This document shows, in pieces, positions 11,001 through 20,219 of a stretch of DNA of 37,449 nucleotides. The translations under genes and the position numbers were made by a program. Below the pieces are notes generated by a model. The model was not told the DNA's origin, did no database searches, and saw nothing but the letters and a program-made list of their open reading frames with translations. Numbering within the stretch: position 1 is the stretch's first letter; every line of letters starts with the position of its first letter. The DNA lies in sequence record SRR31156797_7348. One strand, 5' to 3'.

Positions 11001-12143
11001 CGCCTCATCTGTGATCAAGACACTTTTGACATTAAAGCTGCCAGTATCTGAACTGTTGCCCGCGGCTGGGTTCCTGTGAGCCACCCAATGGAACATTCCG
11101 CGAATCTCGAGATTTCCTTGTTGCAAATAAAGGAAATTATTGCCTGTACTTCCCTCTAGCACACCACTTTTTGCCTCGATATTTTCTATTTTGACCGTCC
11201 AAAAAGCTGAGGCTGCCAACGATTGTTGATAGATCAACGCGTTTAATCCTAGATTGTTTCCCTGAAAATCGATCGTCATATTTTTCAACTCAAAGACCGC
11301 TGGCTGATGATCATGGGTAGTCGTCAGTTCAAAGAAACGTCCAGTAGGATTCGTGCTATAGTTTGGTGTCCCGTTCGTGTTGAAACGCTTCGGTGTGGTT
11401 AAGGTAAAGCCATTCCCATCGATGGACACCGACCGATCCAACGCTGTTAAACGATTGTTGGCCTCATCCGTATAATCAGCGGTAATGTCAGCGAGAAACA
11501 CGATTTCAGAGATCGATGAATCACTAAAAGCAGCCCGCAGCGCTTGATAGTCCGAAACTTCGGCACGCTCTCCTTGCGTCGCCCGTTCTGAAAGCAGTTC
11601 GACTGCCGCTGACTCATTGGTTTCCTGCTGCTGAATGTCAAGCAAGGCTACTTCTTCTACAGCCTTGTCAGCTTCCAATCGCAAGGCTTGTCGTTCCTCG
11701 AGAGAAGGCGGAGCGATTTTTTGCAGCGTCCGATTTCCCCGCTTAAGGACAAATTCGATGGCTTCTTCTTCTCCTAAAGAAACTGGTAATGCCAAGGACA
11801 ACGTTTCTTCCGTAGGCGCCACTTCGATCGCCACACCATAAACACCCTCTTGTTCAGCTGGATGCAAGGTCGCTTCCTCAAGCTCAAGCATTTCAAACAT
11901 TTCTAATGACACCAGCGCTTCATGATTTGCCATCAAGAAAAGCGTCTCGCCAGCGGCTTGTTCCGATTCGATCGTCACTACATATTGTCCTGTTTCTGGG
12001 TCAAAGTGACCGGACACTTCATAAGAATTGCCACCATGGATAGCAAAGACCGCATACAAGACAGAAATAACGATAAAGACCCCTAATGCAGCGGCAGCCA
12101 GTTTGATTTTCGAGACAGTCGCTAGAACAGTAAATGATTTCAT
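8100..12143 (-). CDS. Large exported adhesin-like protein (pectate-lyase-like beta-helix region plus Ig-like C-terminal domains)
   Basis: N-terminal hydrophobic segment; VSDYQALRAAFSDSSISEIVFLADIT...SIDGNGFTL resembles the start of pectate-lyase-like adhesive domains; Gly/Asn-rich beta repeats; no LPxTG. Confidence 0.65.
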   Translation of the reverse strand: MKSFTVLATVSKIKLAAAALGVFIVISVLYAVFAIHGGNSYEVSGHFDPETGQYVVTIESEQAAGETLFLMANHEALVSLEMFEMLELEEATLHPAEQEGVYGVAIEVAPTEETLSLALPVSLGEEEAIEFVLKRGNRTLQKIAPPSLEERQALRLEADKAVEEVALLDIQQQETNESAAVELLSERATQGERAEVSDYQALRAAFSDSSISEIVFLADITADYTDEANNRLTALDRSVSIDGNGFTLTTPKRFNTNGTPNYSTNPTGRFFELTTTHDHQPAVFELKNMTIDFQGNNLGLNALIYQQSLAASAFWTVKIENIEAKSGVLEGSTGNNFLYLQQGNLEIRGMFHWVAHRNPAAGNSSDTGSFNVKSVLITDEADVKISNTQPIFRLRPDNNNISTSFRVNKGSKVDLYSVQWQAIWANLEGRTNEVIFEVDGEGTVLNASSQMNLAGANGAIISLIGQRDETQNKFSRTIISGGAVVNSYSRAPAPTSGVPRGTTAFVNQISKAGSTTKLGGNVTVTGEGSQFNMFGDGQHHEYGSVMRFRLVGEQTFVLADQGKMNIVKYHGNAAAVRMYGRNNEFYVESAGQLNIFNHAGTRTAADDGIYIDETGFAVFDQYNDEEREFDPSADSTITASNGSDTAGRQGIQFPLDGSGTSVFHAQGENSRIHIYAHRGPAVWMQGGEAEFLAGKDATFRMEGRTLGANNGIISSVARSNFVIDEPLFYDFRNNRPNGGQAFSNSNRNSTFMSNRVGLAVWEKRNEVNLDGDPDNFWNPLSYQLGNVNFAQIVSPQPGEPFSNEFNSTTFRGGNAYTRFSANNYPPMIQHLVTPTNADKTFYAKAVVPYEYTGAIRDAWDDEVWVEVALKDEAGNQLETQWLSSKSTVDVFGEVHNGVIAWTRDDFFKTGQRFEVLRAHRGLDPTMEDVDDSIFIHATEESIVALPDAVVVDVRPPTGLQVAEDQVFNERTTTVSGIMDFHSPQDDQPKERVAIYASTAQGLIRDASGDPYVITLDAEQGNSVPWQYQLPRRLDPEEDVYIEFYAKDFANDRYDDFVGTLPDTTTTEPNGQLGSTNPSASDYEDYLGYRDAIGDERFPPALSFEVTSIRPSDPSITLRVPQSFDRDEEGNPIITVGNQLILRTIVESNDARNFGKDDIENAVVTLDISPNLLTFLNVDALVYQDNIASASLSGDRITIHLERPIAPGDRMEWNLTARVDEQAAAGNVLTPVTINGRVSGNQPETENILIGEDSLTLQTGTRAVTGELINLAVHNNQLQIFYSNLSTFDVYMDGTFYRTYNVQQRPVTDSVTLDIPVHDIRNLISVRYKDENGADRVSYWNNIWEFID

Positions 12144-12164
12144 CTAGGCACCCCTTTCCTTTGA

Positions 12165-12791
12165 TTACTCCAACAGTTCTTGTCCCGTTTCAAAGCTTGA
12201 TAGATAATACAGCTTGATAACGACACTTGCCGAAAACGCATCTGCTCCTGACGTATTGCTTCCTTGCCGATATTCGACTGATTCAACTTTTAAAAAGCGA
12301 TTCAGGTTTTCCATCCGATCAATAAAACGCACGATTCCTTCATTCGTCTCACTCAGGAGGTCAAAGCCGATCCTTGTGACCCGAAATTGCGTAGCCAAAG
12401 GATTGTCACCAGTCTGATCTGCCATTTGTTCTGGTGTAGGGTAAAGCATCTCCTCATTAAAGGTCGATTGCAAAATCGTGATCGGCAATTCCGTTTCAAG
12501 GGCAGCGAGATCGGTAAAATAAGACTCGATCGCCATGCCATTGGGAATGATCGGCACCTCATTGACCGTCTCTGAGGAAAGAAGGTCTGGTTCCCCTTGT
12601 AGGTAAACCAGCTGTTCCTGAATGTCGCGGATCTCTGCTTCGATCCCAGCTAATTCCTGAGCCAATTCGATCCCTTCGGCACGTTTGGGATTCAGTAAAA
12701 ATAGCCAGAAAATAAGTACGGAGGTAGCGAGAACTAGCGCAATTACCGCGGAGATGATGATGTGTTTTTTGGAGAAAAAGACTTTAGTCAT
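12165..12791 (-). CDS. pilO: PilO-like type IV pilus alignment protein
   Basis: Single N-terminal TM, coiled coil, FIDRMENLNRFLKVESV motif; follows pilM-pilN; start moved to ATG 12791 (RBS GAGGTG). Confidence 0.72.
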   Translation of the reverse strand: MTKVFFSKKHIIISAVIALVLATSVLIFWLFLLNPKRAEGIELAQELAGIEAEIRDIQEQLVYLQGEPDLLSSETVNEVPIIPNGMAIESYFTDLAALETELPITILQSTFNEEMLYPTPEQMADQTGDNPLATQFRVTRIGFDLLSETNEGIVRFIDRMENLNRFLKVESVEYRQGSNTSGADAFSASVVIKLYYLSSFETGQELLE

Positions 12792-13407
12792 CCGCTTCCA
12801 CCTCGCTTTCCTCTTCGCTCTCTTCACTGATCACTTGTGGTGCAGCGATTCGTGAGAGGTAGACAGTGATGCGCCCATCTTGCGGCGTTGAACTATGAGA
12901 AAAAGATTGATAAGTCACATGATGTACCCAATCGATTGCTTCAAAAGCCGATTTAAGGCGAATCAGACTTTCATAAACATCCCCTTGGACTGCCATGCTC
13001 ACCAAAGGAAACAATGGTGTACCGTCTTGGGCTGTTTCGGACATTGTCCCCTCGCCATTTAGCAGCAAATTATACGAATTGATGGTCACATCGATTCCTG
13101 ATGCCACTTCCTCAAAGGTTTCCATAATAGGCGCTGTGAAATATTTCTCTTGCTTTTGCAAGGCAATGAATTCTTGCAGGTCTTGAGATTTTGACGCTAG
13201 CATCTCTTCTAACTGGCGCTGGAAAACGATGCGCTCTGCTTGACTAGACATGATATTGCTTTGATTATTGGTCACCAGCCTTTGATAATACCAAAAGCCT
13301 AACCCACAAACCCCAACGACTACTAACGAAAGGAGAAGCGAAACCGAAAGAATGACTTCAAACGCCCGATTACGGATAAATTTATTAGGCAATAGATTGA
13401 TGTTCAT
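12784..13407 (-). CDS. pilN: PilN type IV pilus alignment protein
   Basis: Canonical N-terminal INLLP motif followed by TM and coiled coil. Confidence 0.85.
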   Translation of the reverse strand: MNINLLPNKFIRNRAFEVILSVSLLLSLVVVGVCGLGFWYYQRLVTNNQSNIMSSQAERIVFQRQLEEMLASKSQDLQEFIALQKQEKYFTAPIMETFEEVASGIDVTINSYNLLLNGEGTMSETAQDGTPLFPLVSMAVQGDVYESLIRLKSAFEAIDWVHHVTYQSFSHSSTPQDGRITVYLSRIAAPQVISEESEEESEVEADD

Positions 13408-13409
13408 GG

Positions 13410-14456
13410 TTACACCTCTTTCGTCGCTAATCCCGCAGCCAAGATATAGCGGTCGGGAATTTTTTTCTTGCTGGTTTCACTTACTTTTGCGGAAATCGTT
13501 TTGACCGGCAAAGAAGACAACTCATGAAATATTTCTTGGACTTCTTTCCGCAGCATTGGATGACCGCCGACTAAGTAGATTTTTTTCAATTCACAATCAG
13601 GCGAGATTTCCTGATAATAGTAAGCAATCACCGAATTCAAGGTTTCTGCTAACCCTTCCAGTGCTTGGATCTCCGCACTTTCCCTAAAGTTCACTTGCAC
13701 AGATTGGGCTTTTTCAATATATTTCCAGTTGGCTTGATTATAATCTTCATACTGCAGGTAAGTCGGCACCAATTCTTCAAAAAAGGTGATATTGGCGATG
13801 CCAGCATCTAACTCGACCAGCACGAAATTTTCACTCCAGTTGATCTGTCGCTGAAACATACGACTATACGCCAGAAAACTGCAATCGACGCCCATCAACT
13901 GATGGCCGCCTTTTTTCAATGTGTCGCCGAGTTGAATCAAAATCGGCTCTGATGTGACCACGACTGGCACATTGCCATTGATGGTAAACCGATTCCGCTG
14001 GATGACCACAGCTTGCGGTTCTGCTTTCTCTTCCTTCTTGCTGGCTTTTTTCTTTTGTGCTTTTGGTACTTTTTCCTTGTTGCCTTTACCTAGGATCAGT
14101 AGATCAAAAATCGGGTTTTCAAAAGGCAAAGAGATGGACTCCCCCAATTCAAAATACAAGTACTCGCGAATCTCTTTTTCCGAGTTCATCTTACCGATTG
14201 GGATCTGTTTGATCAGCAGACGAGAATTTAGTGCCGTGATCACCACACTCATCGTGCGTAATCCCAAGCGTTTGGCAATCTCATTGAAGGCGGCTTCAAG
14301 ACTATCAGGATTGCGCAGCTTATCATCTTTAAAAATCGTACCATTCACAACCAGCTCGCCGTATTTGAGACGGTCACCTTTTTTGGTACAGTAACGGATG
14401 CAGTTTTTTTGGATGTCGATCCCTACTAAGCGGGGAACTGTTTTTTTGCCAAACAT
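13410..14456 (-). CDS. pilM: PilM actin-like pilus assembly protein
   Basis: VGIDI near N-terminus, ISLPFENPIFD, KIYLVGG, C-terminal AAGLATKEV; start likely ATG 14456. Confidence 0.85.
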   Translation of the reverse strand: MFGKKTVPRLVGIDIQKNCIRYCTKKGDRLKYGELVVNGTIFKDDKLRNPDSLEAAFNEIAKRLGLRTMSVVITALNSRLLIKQIPIGKMNSEKEIREYLYFELGESISLPFENPIFDLLILGKGNKEKVPKAQKKKASKKEEKAEPQAVVIQRNRFTINGNVPVVVTSEPILIQLGDTLKKGGHQLMGVDCSFLAYSRMFQRQINWSENFVLVELDAGIANITFFEELVPTYLQYEDYNQANWKYIEKAQSVQVNFRESAEIQALEGLAETLNSVIAYYYQEISPDCELKKIYLVGGHPMLRKEVQEIFHELSSLPVKTISAKVSETSKKKIPDRYILAAGLATKEV

Positions 14457-14564
14457 ACGAGGACCTGCTTTCTTCTTGTTGGTTTTATATGAAGGAACCA
14501 ACGTTATTTCTATGTACAACGCTTGCTTAGCAAATCAAGCAAACGCCAAGGTCAGCAACCCAAT

Positions 14565-15317
14565 TCAAAGGAACCAGCCGCTGCCAAGATAAACCATGCC
14601 GGTAGCAATGGCGATAAAGGGACCAAAAGCAATGTAGCGACTTTTGACTTTGCCCCGTACCATTTGGATCACGTAAAAGATCACTGCCAAGCAAGAAGCG
14701 ACAAATAAAACCGTCAAGACTTGCACTGGGCCGATATACACACCTAAGACGGCAAATAATTTGATATCGCCGCCACCCATGCCTTTTTTACTGAGCTCCG
14801 CTAAGAGATACAATGGCAAGAAGCCAGCAAAGAAGCCAACGAGCCAATACCACCAAAATTCATTTTGCGGTTGGATCAACCGTAAACCGATCCCTCCGGC
14901 GAAAAAAGGGGCTAACACTTTATTGGGGATCAGCTGATAGAAGATGTCGCTGGCAGAAATAATGGCTAATAAGGCTAATAAACACCAAGCGGCAATCACT
15001 TCAGCAGTGCCCCAAAACAGCAAGGTCGTACCCGTAAATAGCATGCCGATCAACACTTCATAAAGAAAAGCAATCAGCGGGATCTTTTTTTGACACTTAC
15101 GGCACTTGCCTTTTAAAATAAGGTATGATAAAACTGGAATGAGGTCCCTTGCACCTAATGTCTGTTGGCAGTCATCACAGTGCGAGCGAGTCAGCAGGGA
15201 TTCCTTTTTGGGAACCCGCCAACCAACCACTAGGAAAAAAGAACCTAGACACATTCCTATGATGAAAAGATAACCAATGATTAGGCCCATTGGGATCTGT
15301 TGCAAAATTTCGTTCAT
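14565..15317 (-). CDS. pilD: Prepilin peptidase/N-methyltransferase (A24A)
   Basis: GSFF..V..RVP, Zn motifs CDDC and CRKC, catalytic Asp in SASD and GMGGGD, IAFGPFI. Confidence 0.93.
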   Translation of the reverse strand: MNEILQQIPMGLIIGYLFIIGMCLGSFFLVVGWRVPKKESLLTRSHCDDCQQTLGARDLIPVLSYLILKGKCRKCQKKIPLIAFLYEVLIGMLFTGTTLLFWGTAEVIAAWCLLALLAIISASDIFYQLIPNKVLAPFFAGGIGLRLIQPQNEFWWYWLVGFFAGFLPLYLLAELSKKGMGGGDIKLFAVLGVYIGPVQVLTVLFVASCLAVIFYVIQMVRGKVKSRYIAFGPFIAIATGMVYLGSGWFL

Positions 15318-15354
15318 AAAAAACTCCTTTTTTCCTGGGGGGTTGAGTTGCCGT

Positions 15355-15390
15355 ACACCTTAGGTCAGGTTAGTGACTTGAGGTGTTTTT
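15355..15390. terminator. Stem-loop between major pilin and pilD
   Basis: ACACCTTAGGTCA-N6-TGACTTGAGGTGT with T-tract on the + strand. Confidence 0.45.
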
Positions 15391-15413
15391 AGTTTCCTAA
15401 AAAAATTAATATC

Positions 15414-15938
15414 TTATAACGGTGGAGGAGCTGGTTGAGGATCTCCAAATACATACTCTCGAGTTAAACCATTGATTTGATTTTGTGTTAACCCAGTACC
15501 GAGAACACCTATCTCGTTGCTATTTTCTTGTCCAGCCTTTAAAACGCCAGCTGGAGCATACATTGTTAAAGCACCTGTTGATCCGATATAAAACATAACA
15601 TTATCAGTATCTTCCCATGATGTACTGTTTAGTAATCCATCATCCATTACATCTTCTAAGGTAAAATCTAAAACCGCGTTAGCTGTCCCGTCATTCAAGT
15701 TGCTATTAGTTGATTGATAGAGCACTGCTGCTGAGAAAGCTTGTTGAATATCAGAAACAACTGCATCTTCTCGAGCATTTTGAATCACGTTCCCAATCGC
15801 AATAACCCCGATCCCAGCGATGATCGCTAAGATAACGACTACTGCCAGCAACTCGACCAAGGAGAGGCCGCGCTCGTCTTTCAATAATTTATTCAATCGA
15901 TTGTCTGTTGTTTCTTCTGCTAAAATTGCATCAATCAT
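15414..15938 (-). CDS. pilA: Type IV major pilin (probable)
   Basis: Class III signal ...KDERG|LSLVELLAVVVILAIIAGI with E5; strong RBS AGGAGGAG before ATG 15938; about 150-aa mature protein. Confidence 0.85.
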   Translation of the reverse strand: MIDAILAEETTDNRLNKLLKDERGLSLVELLAVVVILAIIAGIGVIAIGNVIQNAREDAVVSDIQQAFSAAVLYQSTNSNLNDGTANAVLDFTLEDVMDDGLLNSTSWEDTDNVMFYIGSTGALTMYAPAGVLKAGQENSNEIGVLGTGLTQNQINGLTREYVFGDPQPAPPPL

Positions 15939-16013
15939 AGTGTGTTTACTCCTCCTGTTTCTTCCATATATATTAAACAAGCCGTCTAGGTGGCTTGATA
16001 ATACCAAAATTCA

Positions 16014-17225
16014 TTACCCTTGGATCGCACCGAATAAATCGAACATCGGGATCATGATCGCCGCAACGATCAAGCCAACGATCACACAGATTATCAAGAT
16101 GACAATCGGTTCCATGATCGTTTTCAGTCGCTTACTGGTTTCATCAACTTCTTTTTGATAGATGATACTCAATCGTTTCAGCATGTCCTCAAGGGAACCA
16201 GTACTTTCGCCAATCTCGACCATCTGGGTCACTAACATCGGAACCATCATGTTGCCGCGAAAGACATCGCTCATCTTGCCACCTTCTTCAATTTGAAAGG
16301 CACAGTTATCGATGATTCGCTTGATGTATTTATTGGCAACGACATCCCGACTCATATTCAAGGCGGTCACCATACCGACAGAGCTGCTAAGCAGTGTCGA
16401 CATGGTTGTCATAAATAATGAAAAACTATTTTTGGTGATCATATCGCCCACCAGTGGAATGCGTAATAGAAAACTTTGAAAAGCGAAATCAAAGGTTGGA
16501 TTGCGTCGCGCGATCCACAGTCCGACGAAAAATCCGACGATCAAGACGGCTAAAACCCATCCTCTGGACTGAAGGAACTCGCTGATCGCCATCGTTGCGA
16601 CGGTGATCGTCGGCAGATCGGCATCAAATCCTTCAAATACTTCCACGAACATCGGAACGATCATCACCAATAAAATGATCCCCACGATAAAGGTTAAAAT
16701 CACTAAAATAATTGGATAGACCATCGCGGTAACGATCCCGCTACGGTTTTCGGCGCTTTTTTCATAGTAATCCGCCATATCCTTTAAATTTCCTTCCAGT
16801 GATCCAGACATCTCCGAAACAGCGATGACACTGGTCAGAAGTGTCGGAAAGGCATTGGGATGATCTTTATAGGCTTCTGAGAGCGGGCGTCCGCTATCAA
16901 TCTCATCCCGAACTTCGCCAAGAATTTTCTTGAAATTCGGGTTTTTTTGTTGCTCTTCCAGCATTCGTGAGGCATCAACAATCGTGATCCCCGAAGCGAT
17001 CAGTGTCGAAAACTGGCGCAAATACCCTACCAACAGTTTTAACGAAACTTTCGTAAAGAGTTGAATCTCTTTGTTCGCCAAGGTTTCTGGCTGTTCGATC
17101 AAACTGTTGACTTTGATATGCTTTTGGCGCAGTTTTTGGCGGGCTTCGACGGAGGAATTGGCACGCAAGCTGCCAGAAAACGTTTCGCCTCGGACATTGG
17201 TGCCTTGATAGGCAAAGAGTGCCAT
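16014..17225 (-). CDS. pilC: Type IV pilus platform protein (T2SS-F family)
   Basis: RQFSTLIASGI, EMSGSLE, AMVYP, GESTGSLEDML, MEP..I, IMIPMF. Confidence 0.93.
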   Translation of the reverse strand: MALFAYQGTNVRGETFSGSLRANSSVEARQKLRQKHIKVNSLIEQPETLANKEIQLFTKVSLKLLVGYLRQFSTLIASGITIVDASRMLEEQQKNPNFKKILGEVRDEIDSGRPLSEAYKDHPNAFPTLLTSVIAVSEMSGSLEGNLKDMADYYEKSAENRSGIVTAMVYPIILVILTFIVGIILLVMIVPMFVEVFEGFDADLPTITVATMAISEFLQSRGWVLAVLIVGFFVGLWIARRNPTFDFAFQSFLLRIPLVGDMITKNSFSLFMTTMSTLLSSSVGMVTALNMSRDVVANKYIKRIIDNCAFQIEEGGKMSDVFRGNMMVPMLVTQMVEIGESTGSLEDMLKRLSIIYQKEVDETSKRLKTIMEPIVILIICVIVGLIVAAIMIPMFDLFGAIQG

Positions 17226-17228
17226 CGG

Positions 17229-18539
17229 CTATTCGCCCCCTTCCTCCATTAAGTTATCTGCCACATCGGCATCGACCCGTTCCGCAGCAACCAGTTCTTC
17301 TAAAGAAGCGCTCATGGTATGCATGCCTTCGTTTTTCCCCATCTGCAGCATATTATGGATCTGGTGGGTTTTCCCTTGACGGATCAAGCTGGCGATCCCT
17401 CTGGTATTGAGCATCATCTCGGTTGCTGCTACCCGTCCGTTTCCATCGATCGTTGGCAGCAAGCGCTGGGACAAGATCCCTAGTAAAGCGCCAGCAAGCT
17501 GTGTACGAATCTGAGTCTGCTGATCGGCAGGAAAGACATCGACGATCCGTTCAATAGTCGCTGGGGCACTTGACGTATGCAAGGTTCCTAATACCAAGTG
17601 TCCCGTTTCCGCTGCCGTCAAAGCAATCGAGATTGTTTCAAAATCTCGTAGCTCCCCTACTAAGATGACGTCTGGATCTTGACGCAGGGCAGCTCGTAAG
17701 CCATTGCCAAAGGACATGGTGTCGCTGCCGACTTCGCGCTGGGCAACGATGCTTTTTTTGTGGTTATGGATGTACTCAATCGGGTCTTCCAACGTCAAAA
17801 TATGCGTCTTTTTGGTATCATTCAAATAGTCCAGCATCGCAGCCAGTGTCGTTGATTTCCCTGAACCGGTCGGCCCTGTAACTAAGAACAAGCCTTGGCT
17901 TTTATGGATCAGAGTCCGCAAGACGGTCGGCATACCGAGTTTGCTTAACTTCGGGATCTCGATGGGGATCTGCCGCAAGGCGATCGAAACGGTATCTTTT
18001 TGGCGGAAAATATTGACCCGAAAGCGACAGATGTCGCCTAGTTCGTAGGCCAAGTCGGTCTCGCCTTTTCCCTTGAATTCCTCCCATTGCCGTTGGTTGC
18101 AAAGGATTTCGGCAATGGCTTCGATGTCCTTGGTGTCGATGGTCGGAACCCCTTCAATCGGTAGCAAGTCGCCGTGGCGACGAAAAATCGGCGGTACGCC
18201 TTCGACTAAATGGATATCCGATGCTTTTTGTTCGACGGCGATCATCAACCAATGATCGATCCGCTCTTTAGGTGACATGGCAGCAAATTGCGCCGCTTCG
18301 TTGCGATTGACGCCCTGTGTACTGCTGGCAGTCGTCGTTTTTGTCACTGCTTGCCGTTCTGCTTTTTGAATGATCTCCCGCGTCGAGACAGATCGGTCTT
18401 GATCGCTCTGGCGACTGTGGGCACGTTTTTTTTCTCTCAGTTCACGATTTTCCCGAATGCGGGTACGGGTCGGAGCTGTTTTTTCTCTCGTCGCCCTTTT
18501 GGTTGCTCGCTCTTGTGTTGCCACTCTCGTTTGATCCAT
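17229..18539 (-). CDS. pilT: Type IV pilus retraction ATPase
   Basis: ASDIHL, RFRVNIFRQ, GPTGSGKSTTLAAM, TLEDPIE, ALRQDPDVILVGELRD, AAETGHLV.GTLHT, GIASLIRQ (AIRNLIRE-equivalent), GMHTM. Confidence 0.95.
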   Translation of the reverse strand: MDQTRVATQERATKRATREKTAPTRTRIRENRELREKKRAHSRQSDQDRSVSTREIIQKAERQAVTKTTTASSTQGVNRNEAAQFAAMSPKERIDHWLMIAVEQKASDIHLVEGVPPIFRRHGDLLPIEGVPTIDTKDIEAIAEILCNQRQWEEFKGKGETDLAYELGDICRFRVNIFRQKDTVSIALRQIPIEIPKLSKLGMPTVLRTLIHKSQGLFLVTGPTGSGKSTTLAAMLDYLNDTKKTHILTLEDPIEYIHNHKKSIVAQREVGSDTMSFGNGLRAALRQDPDVILVGELRDFETISIALTAAETGHLVLGTLHTSSAPATIERIVDVFPADQQTQIRTQLAGALLGILSQRLLPTIDGNGRVAATEMMLNTRGIASLIRQGKTHQIHNMLQMGKNEGMHTMSASLEELVAAERVDADVADNLMEEGGE

Positions 18540-18592
18540 TAAACCAGCCCCTTTCTATGTGCATTTCCTTTTAAAACAATGTATGTAGTTCT

Positions 18593-18614
18593 TCGGTGAT
18601 CCCTAGATCACCGA
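18593..18614. other. Intergenic hairpin between pilB and pilT
   Basis: TCGGTGATC-CCTA-GATCACCGA, no clear U-tract. Confidence 0.45.
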
Positions 18615-18630
18615 TAAATCAATCCGTGCC

Positions 18631-20205
18631 TCACTCTTCTGCGGCGACCACCTTCAAGACTTCTTCGATGGTGGAAAAGCCTTGTTGCACTTTGTCTAAC
18701 CCATCATCCAACAAAAAGCGCATCTTTCGTTCCTGAACATAATCCATCAGCTGGTCGTTAGTCGCTTTGTTCGTGATCATACGACGCAGCTTGGCATCGA
18801 TCGTCAACAGCTCTTGGACGGCCATTCGCCCTTTGAATCCCGTATTGCCACACTTTGGACAGCCCACAGGCTGTGCCAGTTCCGTAACCGTGATGCCATA
18901 GGATTCAAATAACTGCTTGTCCTTGTCGCTGGCTGGTCCTACTGTCTTACAAGAAGAACAAAGGGTTCGGACGAGCCGTTGAGCTAAGATGCCTTCTAAC
19001 GCATTAGCGACCAGAAACGGTTCTACCCCCATGTCGACTAAGCGATTGATGGTGCTGACGGAATCATTGGTATGCAGGGTGGATAATACCAAGTGCCCGG
19101 TCATGGAAGCCCGAATCGCAATCTCCGCCGTTTCGCCATCTCGAATCTCTCCCACCATCACGACATTGGGGTCTTGTCGCAAGATCGACCGTAACCCAGC
19201 GGAAAAGGTCAAACCGACATTGCTGTTGACTGCCACTTGGTTGATACCTTGCAGCTGAAACTCTACTGGGTCTTCGACGGTGATAATATTGATCTCCGGC
19301 GTGTTCAACTCTTGCAGCGCCGCATACAAGGAAGATGATTTCCCTGATCCTGTCGGTCCTGTGACAAGAATGATTCCATGGGGTTTATGCAAAATCGCTT
19401 TAAAGGTCGCCAATACCTTCGGTTCAAAGCGAAACTCATCTAGGCGCCGAATGCCACTGGAGCGATCCAACACCCGAATCACGACTTTCTCCCCATGAAT
19501 GACAGGCAAAACCGAGACCCGCAAATCAACCACGTTGCCCCCGTTACGAATCATTGCCCGACCATCTTGTGGCACACGTGTTTCGGTGATATCCAAGGAG
19601 GAAATGATTTTCAGTCGTGAAGTAACACCAGTCTGAATACTCTTAGGCAAGTTTTCATGGGTACGAAGCTCCCCATCGACCCGTAAGCGGACGACTAATC
19701 CTTTTTCTTGGGGATCGAAATGGATATCACTGGCGCCCCGATCCACCGCATCTTGCAGCAGGGTATTGACCAATTTGACAATCGACGAATCATCTAATTT
19801 TGAGTCGCCTTCTGGGTCGATGGTTTCAACGAGAGAGTCGCTCAAGCCATCCAAACTGATCTCAGAAGGGTAATCGCGAACGATCAGTTGTTGGATATCG
19901 GCATTGTGGGCTTTTTGCGGACGAATCAATAACCCAGTGATCAAACGCATTTCATTGATCGCCGCATAATCCCCAGGGTTTGCCATCGCAACGGTCAAGC
20001 GGTTGCCTTTTTTTTCTAATGGAAAGACGCTGTGCTGTTTGGCAAACGAGCGGGGGATCAAGGACAAAACCTCTGAGCTGATCTCTAAGTCAAACAGGTT
20101 GCCTGTTTGTGTTTTCTCAGCAGTGGTTGAACTTGTGGTGTTCTCTGACTTTTTGAGAGGCCTTCTAGGTTTTCTACGTGGCGTTCTTTCACTTGATTGC
20201 GGCAA
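18631..20205 (-). CDS. pilB: Type IV pilus extension ATPase (GspE/PilB family)
   Basis: ASDIHFDP, RLRVDG, LDITETRVPQDGR, GPTGSGKS, LRQDPNVVMVGEIRD, tetracysteine CSSC/CPKC; TTG start at 20205 after AAGGAGG. Confidence 0.95.
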   Translation of the reverse strand: MPQSSERTPRRKPRRPLKKSENTTSSTTAEKTQTGNLFDLEISSEVLSLIPRSFAKQHSVFPLEKKGNRLTVAMANPGDYAAINEMRLITGLLIRPQKAHNADIQQLIVRDYPSEISLDGLSDSLVETIDPEGDSKLDDSSIVKLVNTLLQDAVDRGASDIHFDPQEKGLVVRLRVDGELRTHENLPKSIQTGVTSRLKIISSLDITETRVPQDGRAMIRNGGNVVDLRVSVLPVIHGEKVVIRVLDRSSGIRRLDEFRFEPKVLATFKAILHKPHGIILVTGPTGSGKSSSLYAALQELNTPEINIITVEDPVEFQLQGINQVAVNSNVGLTFSAGLRSILRQDPNVVMVGEIRDGETAEIAIRASMTGHLVLSTLHTNDSVSTINRLVDMGVEPFLVANALEGILAQRLVRTLCSSCKTVGPASDKDKQLFESYGITVTELAQPVGCPKCGNTGFKGRMAVQELLTIDAKLRRMITNKATNDQLMDYVQERKMRFLLDDGLDKVQQGFSTIEEVLKVVAAEE

Positions 20206-20219
20206 CTGGCGCCCTCCTT

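Noticed and set aside
12120-12143. MKS|FTVLA as a degenerate class III signal on the large adhesin
   Set aside because: No Gly at -1, no E5, and lysines interrupt the following hydrophobic stretch
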